A DNA stretch of 32,000 nt, from positions 1,170,001 through 1,202,000 of the forward strand of contig NZ_RSDW01000001.1 in NCBI RefSeq assembly GCF_003945235.1, given 5' to 3'. The notes under the pieces were generated by a model. It did no database searches. It saw only the letters and a list, made by a program, of their open reading frames with translations, and was not told where the DNA came from. Both the position numbers and the translations under genes were made by a program. This stretch comes from Edaphobacter aggregans (GTDB lineage Bacteria > Acidobacteriota > Terriglobia > Terriglobales > Acidobacteriaceae). Position 1 is the first letter of the stretch, and each line of letters begins with the position of its first letter. This document shows positions 17,230-25,245 of this stretch, in pieces.

Positions 17230-17233
17230 GAAG

Positions 17234-17614
17234 TCAGCCTCGTCCCTTTGCTGTGGACCCTTCTATCTCGTCACCCTGAGCGGAGCGAAGGATCCCCGTA
17301 TTTCGTCTCCCTTGCCAAACATCTGAAATCAAACTGACGATAAACCCAACGCCCGATACCATCCAAACCAGCGCGCAGATCTTCGACCAAGGCGATAGGC
17401 CTTGCCAGAGCCATGTAGTACATGGGTTAATCGCAGCAACATACGTCCCATCCGGTTCACGCCACCCAGCAGTGTCGTCGTACGCGTCGCGAATATCACG
17501 ATGTGCAGCTTTCCATTCACGACAGGGTCGAGCCCACATCCACTGCACACAACCAATAGCGAGAGTTGACGCAATGAACAATCCAAACCACACAATAGTC
17601 CGCCTAGAGATCAC
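17234..17614 (-). CDS. Small two-TM Cys/Trp-rich membrane protein, function unknown
   Basis: Its GTG start overlaps the stop of the upstream carboxyltransferase (GTGA). It has two hydrophobic helices flanking a Trp/Cys-rich loop. The last ~25 codons run through repeat copy B. Confidence 0.5.
   Translation of the reverse strand: MISRRTIVWFGLFIASTLAIGCVQWMWARPCREWKAAHRDIRDAYDDTAGWREPDGTYVAAINPCTTWLWQGLSPWSKICALVWMVSGVGFIVSLISDVWQGRRNTGILRSAQGDEIEGSTAKGRG
17262..17305. repeat. Dispersed hairpin repeat, copy B (GTCACCC..GGATCC variant)
   Basis: GTCACCCtgagcggagcgaaGGATCCCC (17270-17297). It is related to the GTCATCC..GGATC core of copies A and C but is a distinct subtype. Confidence 0.5.
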
Positions 17615-19323
17615 GTTTGCAAAACCCCCGGATTAAACCTAGCCACGTCAGGATTCAAACTAGCCGCCTCCAACGCCATCATTAACACATTCCGAGTCTC
17701 CACCGGATCAATAATCGCATCGATCCAAAGCCGCGCAGCCCCATACCTCGGATCAGCCTGCGAATCATACGTCGCTTTGATCTCGTCATAGATCCCCTTC
17801 CGCTCCTCCTCCGAGATCGTCTTTCCCCCGCGCTCCAACTGCTTCACCCTAACCTCCACCAGCGTATTCGCCGCCGAAGCTCCACTCATCACCGCATACC
17901 GGGCCGTAGGCCACGCAAACAAAAACCGCGGATCATAAGCCTTCCCGCACATCGCATAATGTCCTGCCCCAAAACTCCCGCCGACAATCACGGTAATCTT
18001 CGGCACCACGCTCGTCGACACGGCCGACACCATCTTCGCCCCTGCACGAATAATCCCGTTCCACTCCGCATCCTTCCCCACCATGAACCCATTCACATCA
18101 TGCAAAAAAATCAGCGGCACCAGACTCTGATTGCAATCCATAATGAACCGCGCCGCCTTCTGGGCGCTCTCCGTATAGATCACCCCGCCAAACTCCGTCC
18201 GCTTACTTCCATCGAGAGCCGTCTGCGCTTGATGCACCTTCTGGTTCGCGACAATCCCCACGGCCCGTCCACCAATCCGCGCATACCCACACAAAACCGT
18301 CCGCCCAAAATCAGCCTTGTACTCATCAAACTCACTGCGATCGACAATCCGCGCAATCACCTCGCGCATGTCATACACATTCGTCGCAGCCTTAGCCGGA
18401 TCGGGATCTATCAGCCCATACAAATCTTCCGCCGCGTACTTAGGCACATCCTTTACATCGTCGTAAGCCACAACACTAAACGGCGCACCCGTTCTATCAC
18501 CGATCTTTCCTACCAGAGAACGTAACCGCGCAAGGCACAAATGATCATTCGGCTCTTTAAAATCAACTGTCCCCGAGATCTCCGAGTGCATCGAAGCACC
18601 GCCCAGTTCCTCCGCTCCCGTCTTCTGCCCAATCGCCGCCTGCACCAGCGAAGGCCCCGCCAGAAACAATCCCGAGCCTTCCGTCATCAGCACCGTGTCC
18701 GTCATCACCGGCAGATAGGCACCGCCCGCCACGCACATCCCCATAATTGCCGTAATCTGCGGAATCCCCAGCGAGCTCATCACAGCGTTATTCCGAAACA
18801 CCCTGCCAAAATCATCCGTGTCCGGAAACACATCCTCCTGCAGCGGCAAAAACACCCCCGCCGAGTCCACCAGATACAGCGTAGGAATCCGATTTTCCAG
18901 CGCAATCGTCTGCGCCCGCAGCACCTTCTTCGCCGTCATCGGAAAGAACGCACCCGCCTTCACCGTCGCATCATTCGCGATGATCATGCATAGCCGTCCG
19001 CTCACCCTGCCCAGCCCGGTCACCACCCCCGCCGCCGGAGCCCCGCCATACTCCTCATACATCCCATACGCAGCCCAAAGCCCCAACTCCGTCAGCTCCG
19101 TGCCCTCATCCAACAACAGCTTCAACCGCTCCCGAACCGTCAGCCGCCCCTTGGCATGCTGCGCCTCCGCCGCCTTCGCCCCGCCACCCGCGCGAATCAC
19201 CGCCTCCTGCTCTCGCATTCCACCCAACAACGCCGCCAATGCCGCCCTGTTCGCTGCAAACCGGGCAGCCTTCACATCCACCTTCGACCCCAACGCGTTG
19301 TCCAACGTCAAACCCTCCGCCAT
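17611..19323 (-). CDS. Acyl-CoA carboxylase carboxyltransferase (beta) subunit, methylcrotonyl-CoA carboxylase type
   Basis: Full-length carboxyltransferase with both N- and C-terminal CT domains and the GGGAKAAEAQHAKGRLTVRERL motif. The ORF track starts at TTG 19338. ATG 19323 has GGAGG 8 nt upstream. Confidence 0.9.
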   Translation of the reverse strand: MAEGLTLDNALGSKVDVKAARFAANRAALAALLGGMREQEAVIRAGGGAKAAEAQHAKGRLTVRERLKLLLDEGTELTELGLWAAYGMYEEYGGAPAAGVVTGLGRVSGRLCMIIANDATVKAGAFFPMTAKKVLRAQTIALENRIPTLYLVDSAGVFLPLQEDVFPDTDDFGRVFRNNAVMSSLGIPQITAIMGMCVAGGAYLPVMTDTVLMTEGSGLFLAGPSLVQAAIGQKTGAEELGGASMHSEISGTVDFKEPNDHLCLARLRSLVGKIGDRTGAPFSVVAYDDVKDVPKYAAEDLYGLIDPDPAKAATNVYDMREVIARIVDRSEFDEYKADFGRTVLCGYARIGGRAVGIVANQKVHQAQTALDGSKRTEFGGVIYTESAQKAARFIMDCNQSLVPLIFLHDVNGFMVGKDAEWNGIIRAGAKMVSAVSTSVVPKITVIVGGSFGAGHYAMCGKAYDPRFLFAWPTARYAVMSGASAANTLVEVRVKQLERGGKTISEEERKGIYDEIKATYDSQADPRYGAARLWIDAIIDPVETRNVLMMALEAASLNPDVARFNPGVLQT

Positions 19324-19458
19324 CCCATCATCCTCCAAAAACCCGTCAGCATAGCATCTTAGTCACAGATGGCGTTCGACGCTCAACACACCTCCCCACA
19401 CAGGCACTTTGTAGCCTATCCTTGAAAGGAATAATCTAGGTTTTCAGTGGAGACGGAA

Positions 19459-19950
19459 ATGAAAATCCGAACCCAACTAGCAAGCCTTATCGTCCTGATC
19501 TGCGTTCTCGTTTCTCCCGCGCTCGCGCAAAATACTCCTGCCGACCCCAAAAACGTAGACCAATCTATCGACACCTTACTCGGAGACCACACCAAAGTCC
19601 GTCAGCTCGTCACCGACCTCCAGCAAGCCGTGGCCAAACACGACGCCGTCGCCGTAGCCGCCCTCGTGCACTACCCCATTCGAGTCAAGCTCCACGGCAA
19701 GCCCACCTACTTGAATAACGCAAAAGCCTTCGTCAAAAATTACGACCACATCATCACTCCCGACATCGTGGCCGTCATTCAAAATCAAAAGTACGAAGAC
19801 CTCTTCGTCAACTATCAGGGAGCCATGTTCGGCGAAGGCGAAGTCTGGATCACCGGCTTCTGCATCGACAACGCCTGCAAGCCGCCCGACATCAAGGTCG
19901 GCACCATCCAAAGCAACACCAACCCGAGCACGAAGCAGCCTTCGCCATAA
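19459..19950 (+). CDS. Secreted hypothetical protein
   Basis: ATG 19459 is preceded by GGAG (19449-19452). Signal peptide MKIRTQLASLIVLICVLVSPALAQ. I recognise no family. Confidence 0.65.
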   Translation: MKIRTQLASLIVLICVLVSPALAQNTPADPKNVDQSIDTLLGDHTKVRQLVTDLQQAVAKHDAVAVAALVHYPIRVKLHGKPTYLNNAKAFVKNYDHIITPDIVAVIQNQKYEDLFVNYQGAMFGEGEVWITGFCIDNACKPPDIKVGTIQSNTNPSTKQPSP

Positions 19951-20048
19951 ATGCCGGGCACCTATCCTGAGCGCGACTAATCGCACGAAGGTTGCGTATC
20001 GCGCAAAACGACCGCGCTCCTTCCCGATGCAATACCATCTAAGCAACG

Positions 20049-20681
20049 ATGCACATACTCCAGCCCACAGACGCCCTCCTCGTCATCGACGTCCAAAACG
20101 ATTTCATGCCCGGCGGAGCCCTACCCGTCACCGACGGGGACGCCGTAGTCCCCATCATCAACACCCTCGCCCAAAAATTCGACCACGTCATCCTCACCCA
20201 GGACTGGCACCCCACCGCCCACATCTCCTTCGCCAGCACCCATACTAAACAACCCTACGAAACCATCGAAGCCCCCTACGGCCCGCAAACCCTTTGGCCC
20301 GATCACTCCCTCCAGCACACCGACGGCGCAGCCTTCCATCCCGGCCTCTCGATCCCCCACGCCGAACTCATCCTCCGCAAAGGCTTCCGCCGCCACATCG
20401 ACAGCTACTCCGCCTTCCTCGAAAACGACCACACCACGCCCACCGGACTCGCCGGCTACCTTCGTGAGCGCGGCCTCAAGCGCCTCTTCCTCTGCGGCCT
20501 CGCCTACGACTTCTGCGTCCGCTACTCCGCCATCGACGGCAAACACGTGGGCTTCGAAACCATCGTCATTGAAGACGCCACCCGCGCCGTCAATCTGCCC
20601 AACAGCGTAGCCGAAACCAACGCAACCCTCGCCTCGCTCAATGTTCTACGCATCAACTCCCACGAGATCGAGTTCGCGTGA
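20049..20681 (+). CDS. pncA: Nicotinamidase/pyrazinamidase (isochorismatase family)
   Basis: VIDVQNDF (catalytic Asp), QDWHPTAH metal site, a conserved Lys (ILRKG), and a catalytic Cys in LFLCGLAYDFCV. Confidence 0.9.
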   Translation: MHILQPTDALLVIDVQNDFMPGGALPVTDGDAVVPIINTLAQKFDHVILTQDWHPTAHISFASTHTKQPYETIEAPYGPQTLWPDHSLQHTDGAAFHPGLSIPHAELILRKGFRRHIDSYSAFLENDHTTPTGLAGYLRERGLKRLFLCGLAYDFCVRYSAIDGKHVGFETIVIEDATRAVNLPNSVAETNATLASLNVLRINSHEIEFA

Positions 20682-20700
20682 CGTTCGCAACGATCGAACA

Positions 20701-20928
20701 TCAATCTTGTTTACGGTGCGGAGAGCTCCGCACGAACGACACGATTAAGGTGATCACCAGCGCAAGGCAGGCGGCATACAACCCGCCAAAAAAGGCCCCC
20801 ATACCCGCCTGCCCATCATGTGAGTTCCGTACCAAAAAAGTCAGACCAGCGCAGCCGATAATCCCAGTAATCGCGAAGGCTGCGAATGCTCGCAGGATAG
20901 CGGTCGCAATTCGCTCTGACATACCCAT
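20701..20928 (-). CDS. Small two-TM membrane protein, function unknown
   Basis: The tracked ORF (to 21000) would overlap the HD gene by 64 nt. ATG 20928 (MGMSERI..) starts 8 nt after the HD stop. Hydrophobic, Gly-rich helices. Confidence 0.45.
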   Translation of the reverse strand: MGMSERIATAILRAFAAFAITGIIGCAGLTFLVRNSHDGQAGMGAFFGGLYAACLALVITLIVSFVRSSPHRKQD

Positions 20929-20936
20929 GAACGAAA

Positions 20937-21551
20937 CTATATAACCGGCGAACCCTCCAACCCCAGGCACCCCGCCCGCGCCTGCATCGCCTGCAAACAA
21001 TTCCCCAGATGCTCCTCCAGCGGAACACCAAGCAACTCCGCACCCCCGGTAATATCCTCCCGCTTCACCGCCCGAGCAAAAGCCTTATCCTTCATCTTCT
21101 TTTTTACTCCGGCAACCTCAACGTCATTGATAGACTTCGAGGGCTTCACGAGCGCACAAGCTGTCAAAAATCCCGCCAGTTCATCACAGGCAAACAGAGC
21201 CTTCTCCAGATGCGACGCCCGCGCAACACCCGAGTAATCCGCATGCGCCAGAATCGCCTGTAACACCGTCTCCGGCCACCCAAGCTCGCGCAGATGAGTC
21301 ACCCCAACAAACGGATGCTCCTCCAGCGAGGGATGCCGTTCATAATCCATGTCATGCAACAGCCCCGCACAGGCATACGGCTCGACAAACGCCTCAGCCT
21401 CTGCGCCCGCTAGTCCAAGCCGCGCAGCCTCCATCCGCCCATAAGCCTCTGTGCAAACCGAAACTGCTATCCCATGCTTCCGCAGCGACTCACCCTTCGT
21501 CCACTCCTGCAACAAGGCCAGGGCCTCATCCCGTCCGAATCTCTCACTCAC
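20937..21551 (-). CDS. HD-domain metal-dependent phosphohydrolase (COG2316-like)
   Basis: H..HD signature (KHGIAV.. and LLHDMDYERHP), plus further His/Asp ligands (ILAHADY). Confidence 0.8.
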   Translation of the reverse strand: MSERFGRDEALALLQEWTKGESLRKHGIAVSVCTEAYGRMEAARLGLAGAEAEAFVEPYACAGLLHDMDYERHPSLEEHPFVGVTHLRELGWPETVLQAILAHADYSGVARASHLEKALFACDELAGFLTACALVKPSKSINDVEVAGVKKKMKDKAFARAVKREDITGGAELLGVPLEEHLGNCLQAMQARAGCLGLEGSPVI

Positions 21552-21588
21552 CCCGAGCTACCTCCAACCGTCATCTATGAGCGCCGGC

Positions 21589-23163
21589 CTAATCACCCAG
21601 ACCATCCGTAATCCCATACTCCTTCAGCTTACGGTAGAGCGTCGTCTTTCCGATCCCCAGCAGCCGAGCGGCCATCAATTTATCGCCCTTGAGCTGTCGA
21701 ATCGTCCCCAGAATTGCATGCTTCTCCATCTCCGCAATCGAGACAATCCCGCCATCGCCCATCCCAACACCGTTCCCCTCCACCTGCGCAACAGCATCGG
21801 TCTCCGAGCCATACCCCGTCGGCACCCGCTGCATGCGAAAGTCCTGCAACTGCGTCGGCAGATCGCCCATATGCAGCACCGGCCCTGACGACAGCGCACA
21901 TGCCCTCTCAATCGCATTCTCCAGCTCGCGCACATTGCCTGGCCAGTCATACTCCCCCATCACCCGCAGCGTGTCATCCGAGAACTCATACGCCATCCCC
22001 GACTCCTTCTTCATCTGCTCCAGAAAATGCATCGCCAGCAACGGAATATCGCTCCGTCGATCCCGCAGCGGGGGAATTCGCAGATTCACCACATTCAATC
22101 TAAAGTAGAGGTCCCGACGAAACCGCCCCTGCTCTACCATCGCCATCAAATCGCGATTCGTCGCCGCCAACACCCGCGCCGAGATCGGCCTCGCCTGCGT
22201 CGACCCTACCGGACGCACCTCTTTCTCCTGCAATGCTCGCAGCAGCTTCGCCTGCAGATCCAGCGGCAACTCGCCGATCTCATCCAGAAACACCGTGCCG
22301 CCCTCAGCCGTCGCCAGCAACCCCTCCTTCGCGCGGTCAGCCCCCGTGAAGGCTCCCTTCACATGCCCGAACAGTTCACTCTCTATCAACGTCGGCACCA
22401 GCGACCCGCAATCCACCGGCACAAACGGCTTGGTAGCATTCGGCCCATTGAAGTGGATCGACCGCGCCACCAACTCCTTGCCCGTGCCGCTCTCCCCCAG
22501 AATCAGCACCGGATGCGTCGAAAACGCCACCTTCGACAGAATCCTGTACAGCTTCTCCATCTCCGGCGACTGCCCCACAAGTCCACCCGCGCCTTGCTGA
22601 GTTCGCAGCTTCTCCCGCAGCAACCTGCTCTCCAAATCGAAGTGCCGCCGCTGCGCCGCACGATCCAGCACCGTCATCAGCTCCTCAAGCGCAAACGGCT
22701 TCGTCAGATAATCCCCCGCGCCGATCCGCATCGCCTCCACCGCCGACGCCACCGTCGCAAACGCCGTCATCACCACCACAGCCGTATCGGGATAGAGCGT
22801 CTTCACCTGCTCCAGTAGAGCCAACCCGCCGCCATCCGGCAGCTTCAGATCCAGTAGCAGCAGATCGATCTTCCTATGCTTCAGGATCGCCTTCGCCTGC
22901 GCCACACTCCCTGCCTCACCCACCGCAAAGCCCTTGCCGCCAGCGATGACACAGCAAGCCTTCCGCACCGCCGCGTCATCGTCCACGACTAGCACATGCA
23001 GCGAAGGTGTTCCCTCCGTCGAAACTACTCGCGGCTCGCCATCGACCCCAAGCGGCGACACGCCCACCAACACCCCCGAAGGCGCGACATCCCGCGCTCC
23101 AGCACGAGTCGTCTCCCTCTGCTTCATCTCACTCGTATCCGTCCCCACCAGGACACTATTCAT
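21589..23163 (-). CDS. Sigma-54-dependent transcriptional activator, NtrC-family response regulator (REC + AAA+ + Fis HTH)
   Basis: REC domain (VLVVDDD .. LLLLDLKLPDGGG), Walker A GESGTGKE, the GAFTGA motif, and the C-terminal HTH AARLLGIGKTTLYRKLKEYGI. ATG 23163 has AAGGAG 7 nt upstream. The tracked GTG 23187 is less likely. Confidence 0.9.
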   Translation of the reverse strand: MNSVLVGTDTSEMKQRETTRAGARDVAPSGVLVGVSPLGVDGEPRVVSTEGTPSLHVLVVDDDAAVRKACCVIAGGKGFAVGEAGSVAQAKAILKHRKIDLLLLDLKLPDGGGLALLEQVKTLYPDTAVVVMTAFATVASAVEAMRIGAGDYLTKPFALEELMTVLDRAAQRRHFDLESRLLREKLRTQQGAGGLVGQSPEMEKLYRILSKVAFSTHPVLILGESGTGKELVARSIHFNGPNATKPFVPVDCGSLVPTLIESELFGHVKGAFTGADRAKEGLLATAEGGTVFLDEIGELPLDLQAKLLRALQEKEVRPVGSTQARPISARVLAATNRDLMAMVEQGRFRRDLYFRLNVVNLRIPPLRDRRSDIPLLAMHFLEQMKKESGMAYEFSDDTLRVMGEYDWPGNVRELENAIERACALSSGPVLHMGDLPTQLQDFRMQRVPTGYGSETDAVAQVEGNGVGMGDGGIVSIAEMEKHAILGTIRQLKGDKLMAARLLGIGKTTLYRKLKEYGITDGLGD

Positions 23164-23374
23164 GGCTGCACTCCTTCGGTGACACACCCCAGCCGAGTTG
23201 CAGCCCGCGGCTCACCTGTCCAAGTGCCCCGCCATCCTGATCCCATGTTCCCTGAGCATCCCGAACTTCCCGAACACCCACAACTCCTGAGGCTGCTGTA
23301 CTGCTCTGCGTTGCCTGCATCGATTCGTAACTCCACTCCGCTTGCTCTGCTGTTGCGCGGATGCACTTATGTAA

Positions 23375-23390
23375 TCAATCCAAGTGCCAA
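23375..23390 (-). promoter_or_regulatory. Candidate sigma-54 (-24/-12) promoter facing the activator gene
   Basis: The minus strand reads TTGGCAC-TTGGA-TTGA. The -24 element and spacing are correct, but -12 reads GA rather than GC. Confidence 0.3.
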
Positions 23391-23620
23391 ACTGGGACAT
23401 TTTCACTAAGTGTATGATCAATTTGAGTTTGGCCCCCATTCGCTGTCAACACAATAGCTCAATCCTGCAAGCCACAATTCCCAAATTGAAACTGCCCCGC
23501 CACGCTGTCCCAATAAACTCCAGCAAAATCCCCAAATCATCTTTTCCCAAAACGGAATCAATCCCATTTCAGAACAAGCCCCACGATCCAATGTGAACCA
23601 TCCACAAAGCAATCCAACAC

Positions 23621-23648
23621 CTGAAAATCCCGAGCCAAAAGCTATAAT
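23621..23648 (+). promoter_or_regulatory. Candidate promoter giving a leaderless rph transcript
   Basis: TATAAT (23643-23648) ends 6 nt before the rph ATG (23655). Weak -35 CTGAAA (23621-23626) with a 16-nt spacer. No SD. Confidence 0.35.
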
Positions 23649-23654
23649 CACCGG

Positions 23655-24401
23655 ATGTCCGCACCAGCCTCGCCGCTCTTCCGTCCAGACCACCGTCCCG
23701 CCGACGCCCTCCGCCCCACCCGCATCACTCCTAACTTCGTCGCCACCGCCGAAGGCTCCGTCCTCATCGAATCCGGCAACACCCGTGTCCTTTGCAACGC
23801 CACCGTCGAGCAGGGTGTCCCCGGCTGGCTCCGCAACTCCGGCCGCGGCTGGGTCACCGCCGAATACGGCATGCTCCCCCGAGCCACTCTCACCCGCACC
23901 CCTCGCGAATCCGAGCGCGGCAAAGTAGGCGGCCGCACCCACGAGATCCAGCGCCTCATCGGCCGGTCGTTACGCAGCGTCGTCGACATGAAGGCCCTCG
24001 GCGAACGCACCATCATCCTCGACTGCGACGTCCTCCAGGCCGACGGAGGCACCCGCACCGCCGCTATCACCGGAGCCTGCGTAGCCCTCGCCCTGGCCAT
24101 CAACAAGCTAGTAACCGCCGGCACCCTCAAGACCTCACCCCTGCGCCAGATGGTCGCCGCCACCTCCGTAGGCATCGTCGACGGCAACATCCTCCTCGAC
24201 CTCGCCTACGAAGAAGACTCCCGCGCCACAGTCGACATGAACGTAGTCATGCTTGCCAATGGAGGCCTCGTCGAAACCCAGGCCACCGCCGAGAAAGACT
24301 CCTACTCCCGCAGGCAGCTAAGCGACATGCTCGACTACGCCGAAAAAGGAATTCACGAACTCCTCACCGCCCAACGCGCTATCCTCAACACTTCCGTCTA
24401 A
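23655..24401 (+). CDS. rph: Ribonuclease PH
   Basis: Near-colinear with E. coli Rph: [53 protein letters not shown]. Confidence 0.95.
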   Translation: MSAPASPLFRPDHRPADALRPTRITPNFVATAEGSVLIESGNTRVLCNATVEQGVPGWLRNSGRGWVTAEYGMLPRATLTRTPRESERGKVGGRTHEIQRLIGRSLRSVVDMKALGERTIILDCDVLQADGGTRTAAITGACVALALAINKLVTAGTLKTSPLRQMVAATSVGIVDGNILLDLAYEEDSRATVDMNVVMLANGGLVETQATAEKDSYSRRQLSDMLDYAEKGIHELLTAQRAILNTSV

Positions 24402-24420
24402 CCGCACAGAGGTCATACTC

Positions 24421-25191
24421 ATGCCAGGAAGCACCGAAGAACAAAAGGACACCAACGAAAGCAGCCTTCAAGGATTCGCCTCGCTCTGCGGCACTTTCGC
24501 TGTCGGCCTCTTCGTCATGACCTTCGTCTTTCAAAACTTCGCCATTCCCTCTGCTTCCATGGCGAGCACCCTGCTCGTCGGCGATCATGTCCTCGTCGAG
24601 CGAGCAACCCTTGCGCCTCCCGATTCATTGACCCATTTCATGCCCTACCGTGAGCTTCGTCGCGGAGAGCCGGTCGTCTTCTACAAACCCGTCGAAGACG
24701 CAAACGGCGAAAACATCCTGGTCAAGCGGGTCATCGGGATCCCCGGCGACCGCATCCACCTCCGCCACGGCATCGTCTATCTCAACGGAGTAGCCCAGAA
24801 CGAACCCTACGCAGCCAAGCCAACCTACGCCAACTACGACCCCTACCGCGACGACTTCCCTTCCATCCCACCCGCCCGCGGATCCAACGTCACCGCCGAG
24901 TGGTCTCTCGATCTCCCCACCCACATCCAGGGCGAAGACCTCGTCGTCCCTCCCGGCAGTTACTTCGTCATGGGCGACAACCGTACCAACAGTCTCGACG
25001 GCCGTTACTGGGGCTTAGTCCCGCGCAGCAACCTCATCGGACGCCCCCTCTTCGTCTATTGGTCCTTCGAGACCCCGGAAGACCAGCAATACAAGATGAG
25101 CCCCTCGGAGCGAGCCAGCTTCGCGCTTCACGAATTCGTCCACTTCTTCGACCAAACCCGCTGGCGCAGAACCTTTCACATGGTCGAATAG
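24421..25191 (+). CDS. lepB: Signal peptidase I
   Basis: N-terminal TM helix, catalytic Ser box PSASMASTL, Lys box VKRVIGIPGDRI, and GDNRTNSLDGRYWG. Confidence 0.9.
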   Translation: MPGSTEEQKDTNESSLQGFASLCGTFAVGLFVMTFVFQNFAIPSASMASTLLVGDHVLVERATLAPPDSLTHFMPYRELRRGEPVVFYKPVEDANGENILVKRVIGIPGDRIHLRHGIVYLNGVAQNEPYAAKPTYANYDPYRDDFPSIPPARGSNVTAEWSLDLPTHIQGEDLVVPPGSYFVMGDNRTNSLDGRYWGLVPRSNLIGRPLFVYWSFETPEDQQYKMSPSERASFALHEFVHFFDQTRWRRTFHMVE

Positions 25192-25198
25192 CCAGCAC

Positions 25199-25233
25199 CC
25201 ATCTTCGCGACAGTTTCAACGTCGCAAAGATGG
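25199..25233. terminator. Hairpin between convergent lepB and the methyltransferase gene (possible bidirectional terminator)
   Basis: 13-bp stem CCATCTTCGCGAC (25199-25211) / GTCGCAAAGATGG (25221-25233) with one mismatch and a 9-nt loop. No T-tract. Confidence 0.5.
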
Positions 25234-25245
25234 AGCAGCAGACCT

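Noticed and set aside
20929-21000. Longer version of the small membrane ORF (20701..21000)
   Set aside because: It would overlap the 3' end of the HD gene by 64 nt. The extra residues are Gly/Ala-rich with no features. The internal ATG at 20928 avoids the overlap. The gene itself remains low confidence.
23212-23596. Short ORFs inside the long spacer (23384..23596 plus strand, 70 aa; 23212..23439 minus strand, 75 aa)
   Set aside because: They have no SD or promoter context. Their amino-acid composition simply reflects the strand skew (Pro/Ser/Ile/Lys or Gly/Trp rich). They show none of the codon bias seen in real genes here.
23586-23616. DnaA-box-like sequences (CATCCACAA and two ATCCA repeats), raising the idea of a replication origin
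   Set aside because: The best match is 7 of 9 to TTATCCACA. There is no AT-rich unwinding element, and no dnaA/dnaN/gidA-type neighbours. The matches follow from the local ATCC-rich composition.
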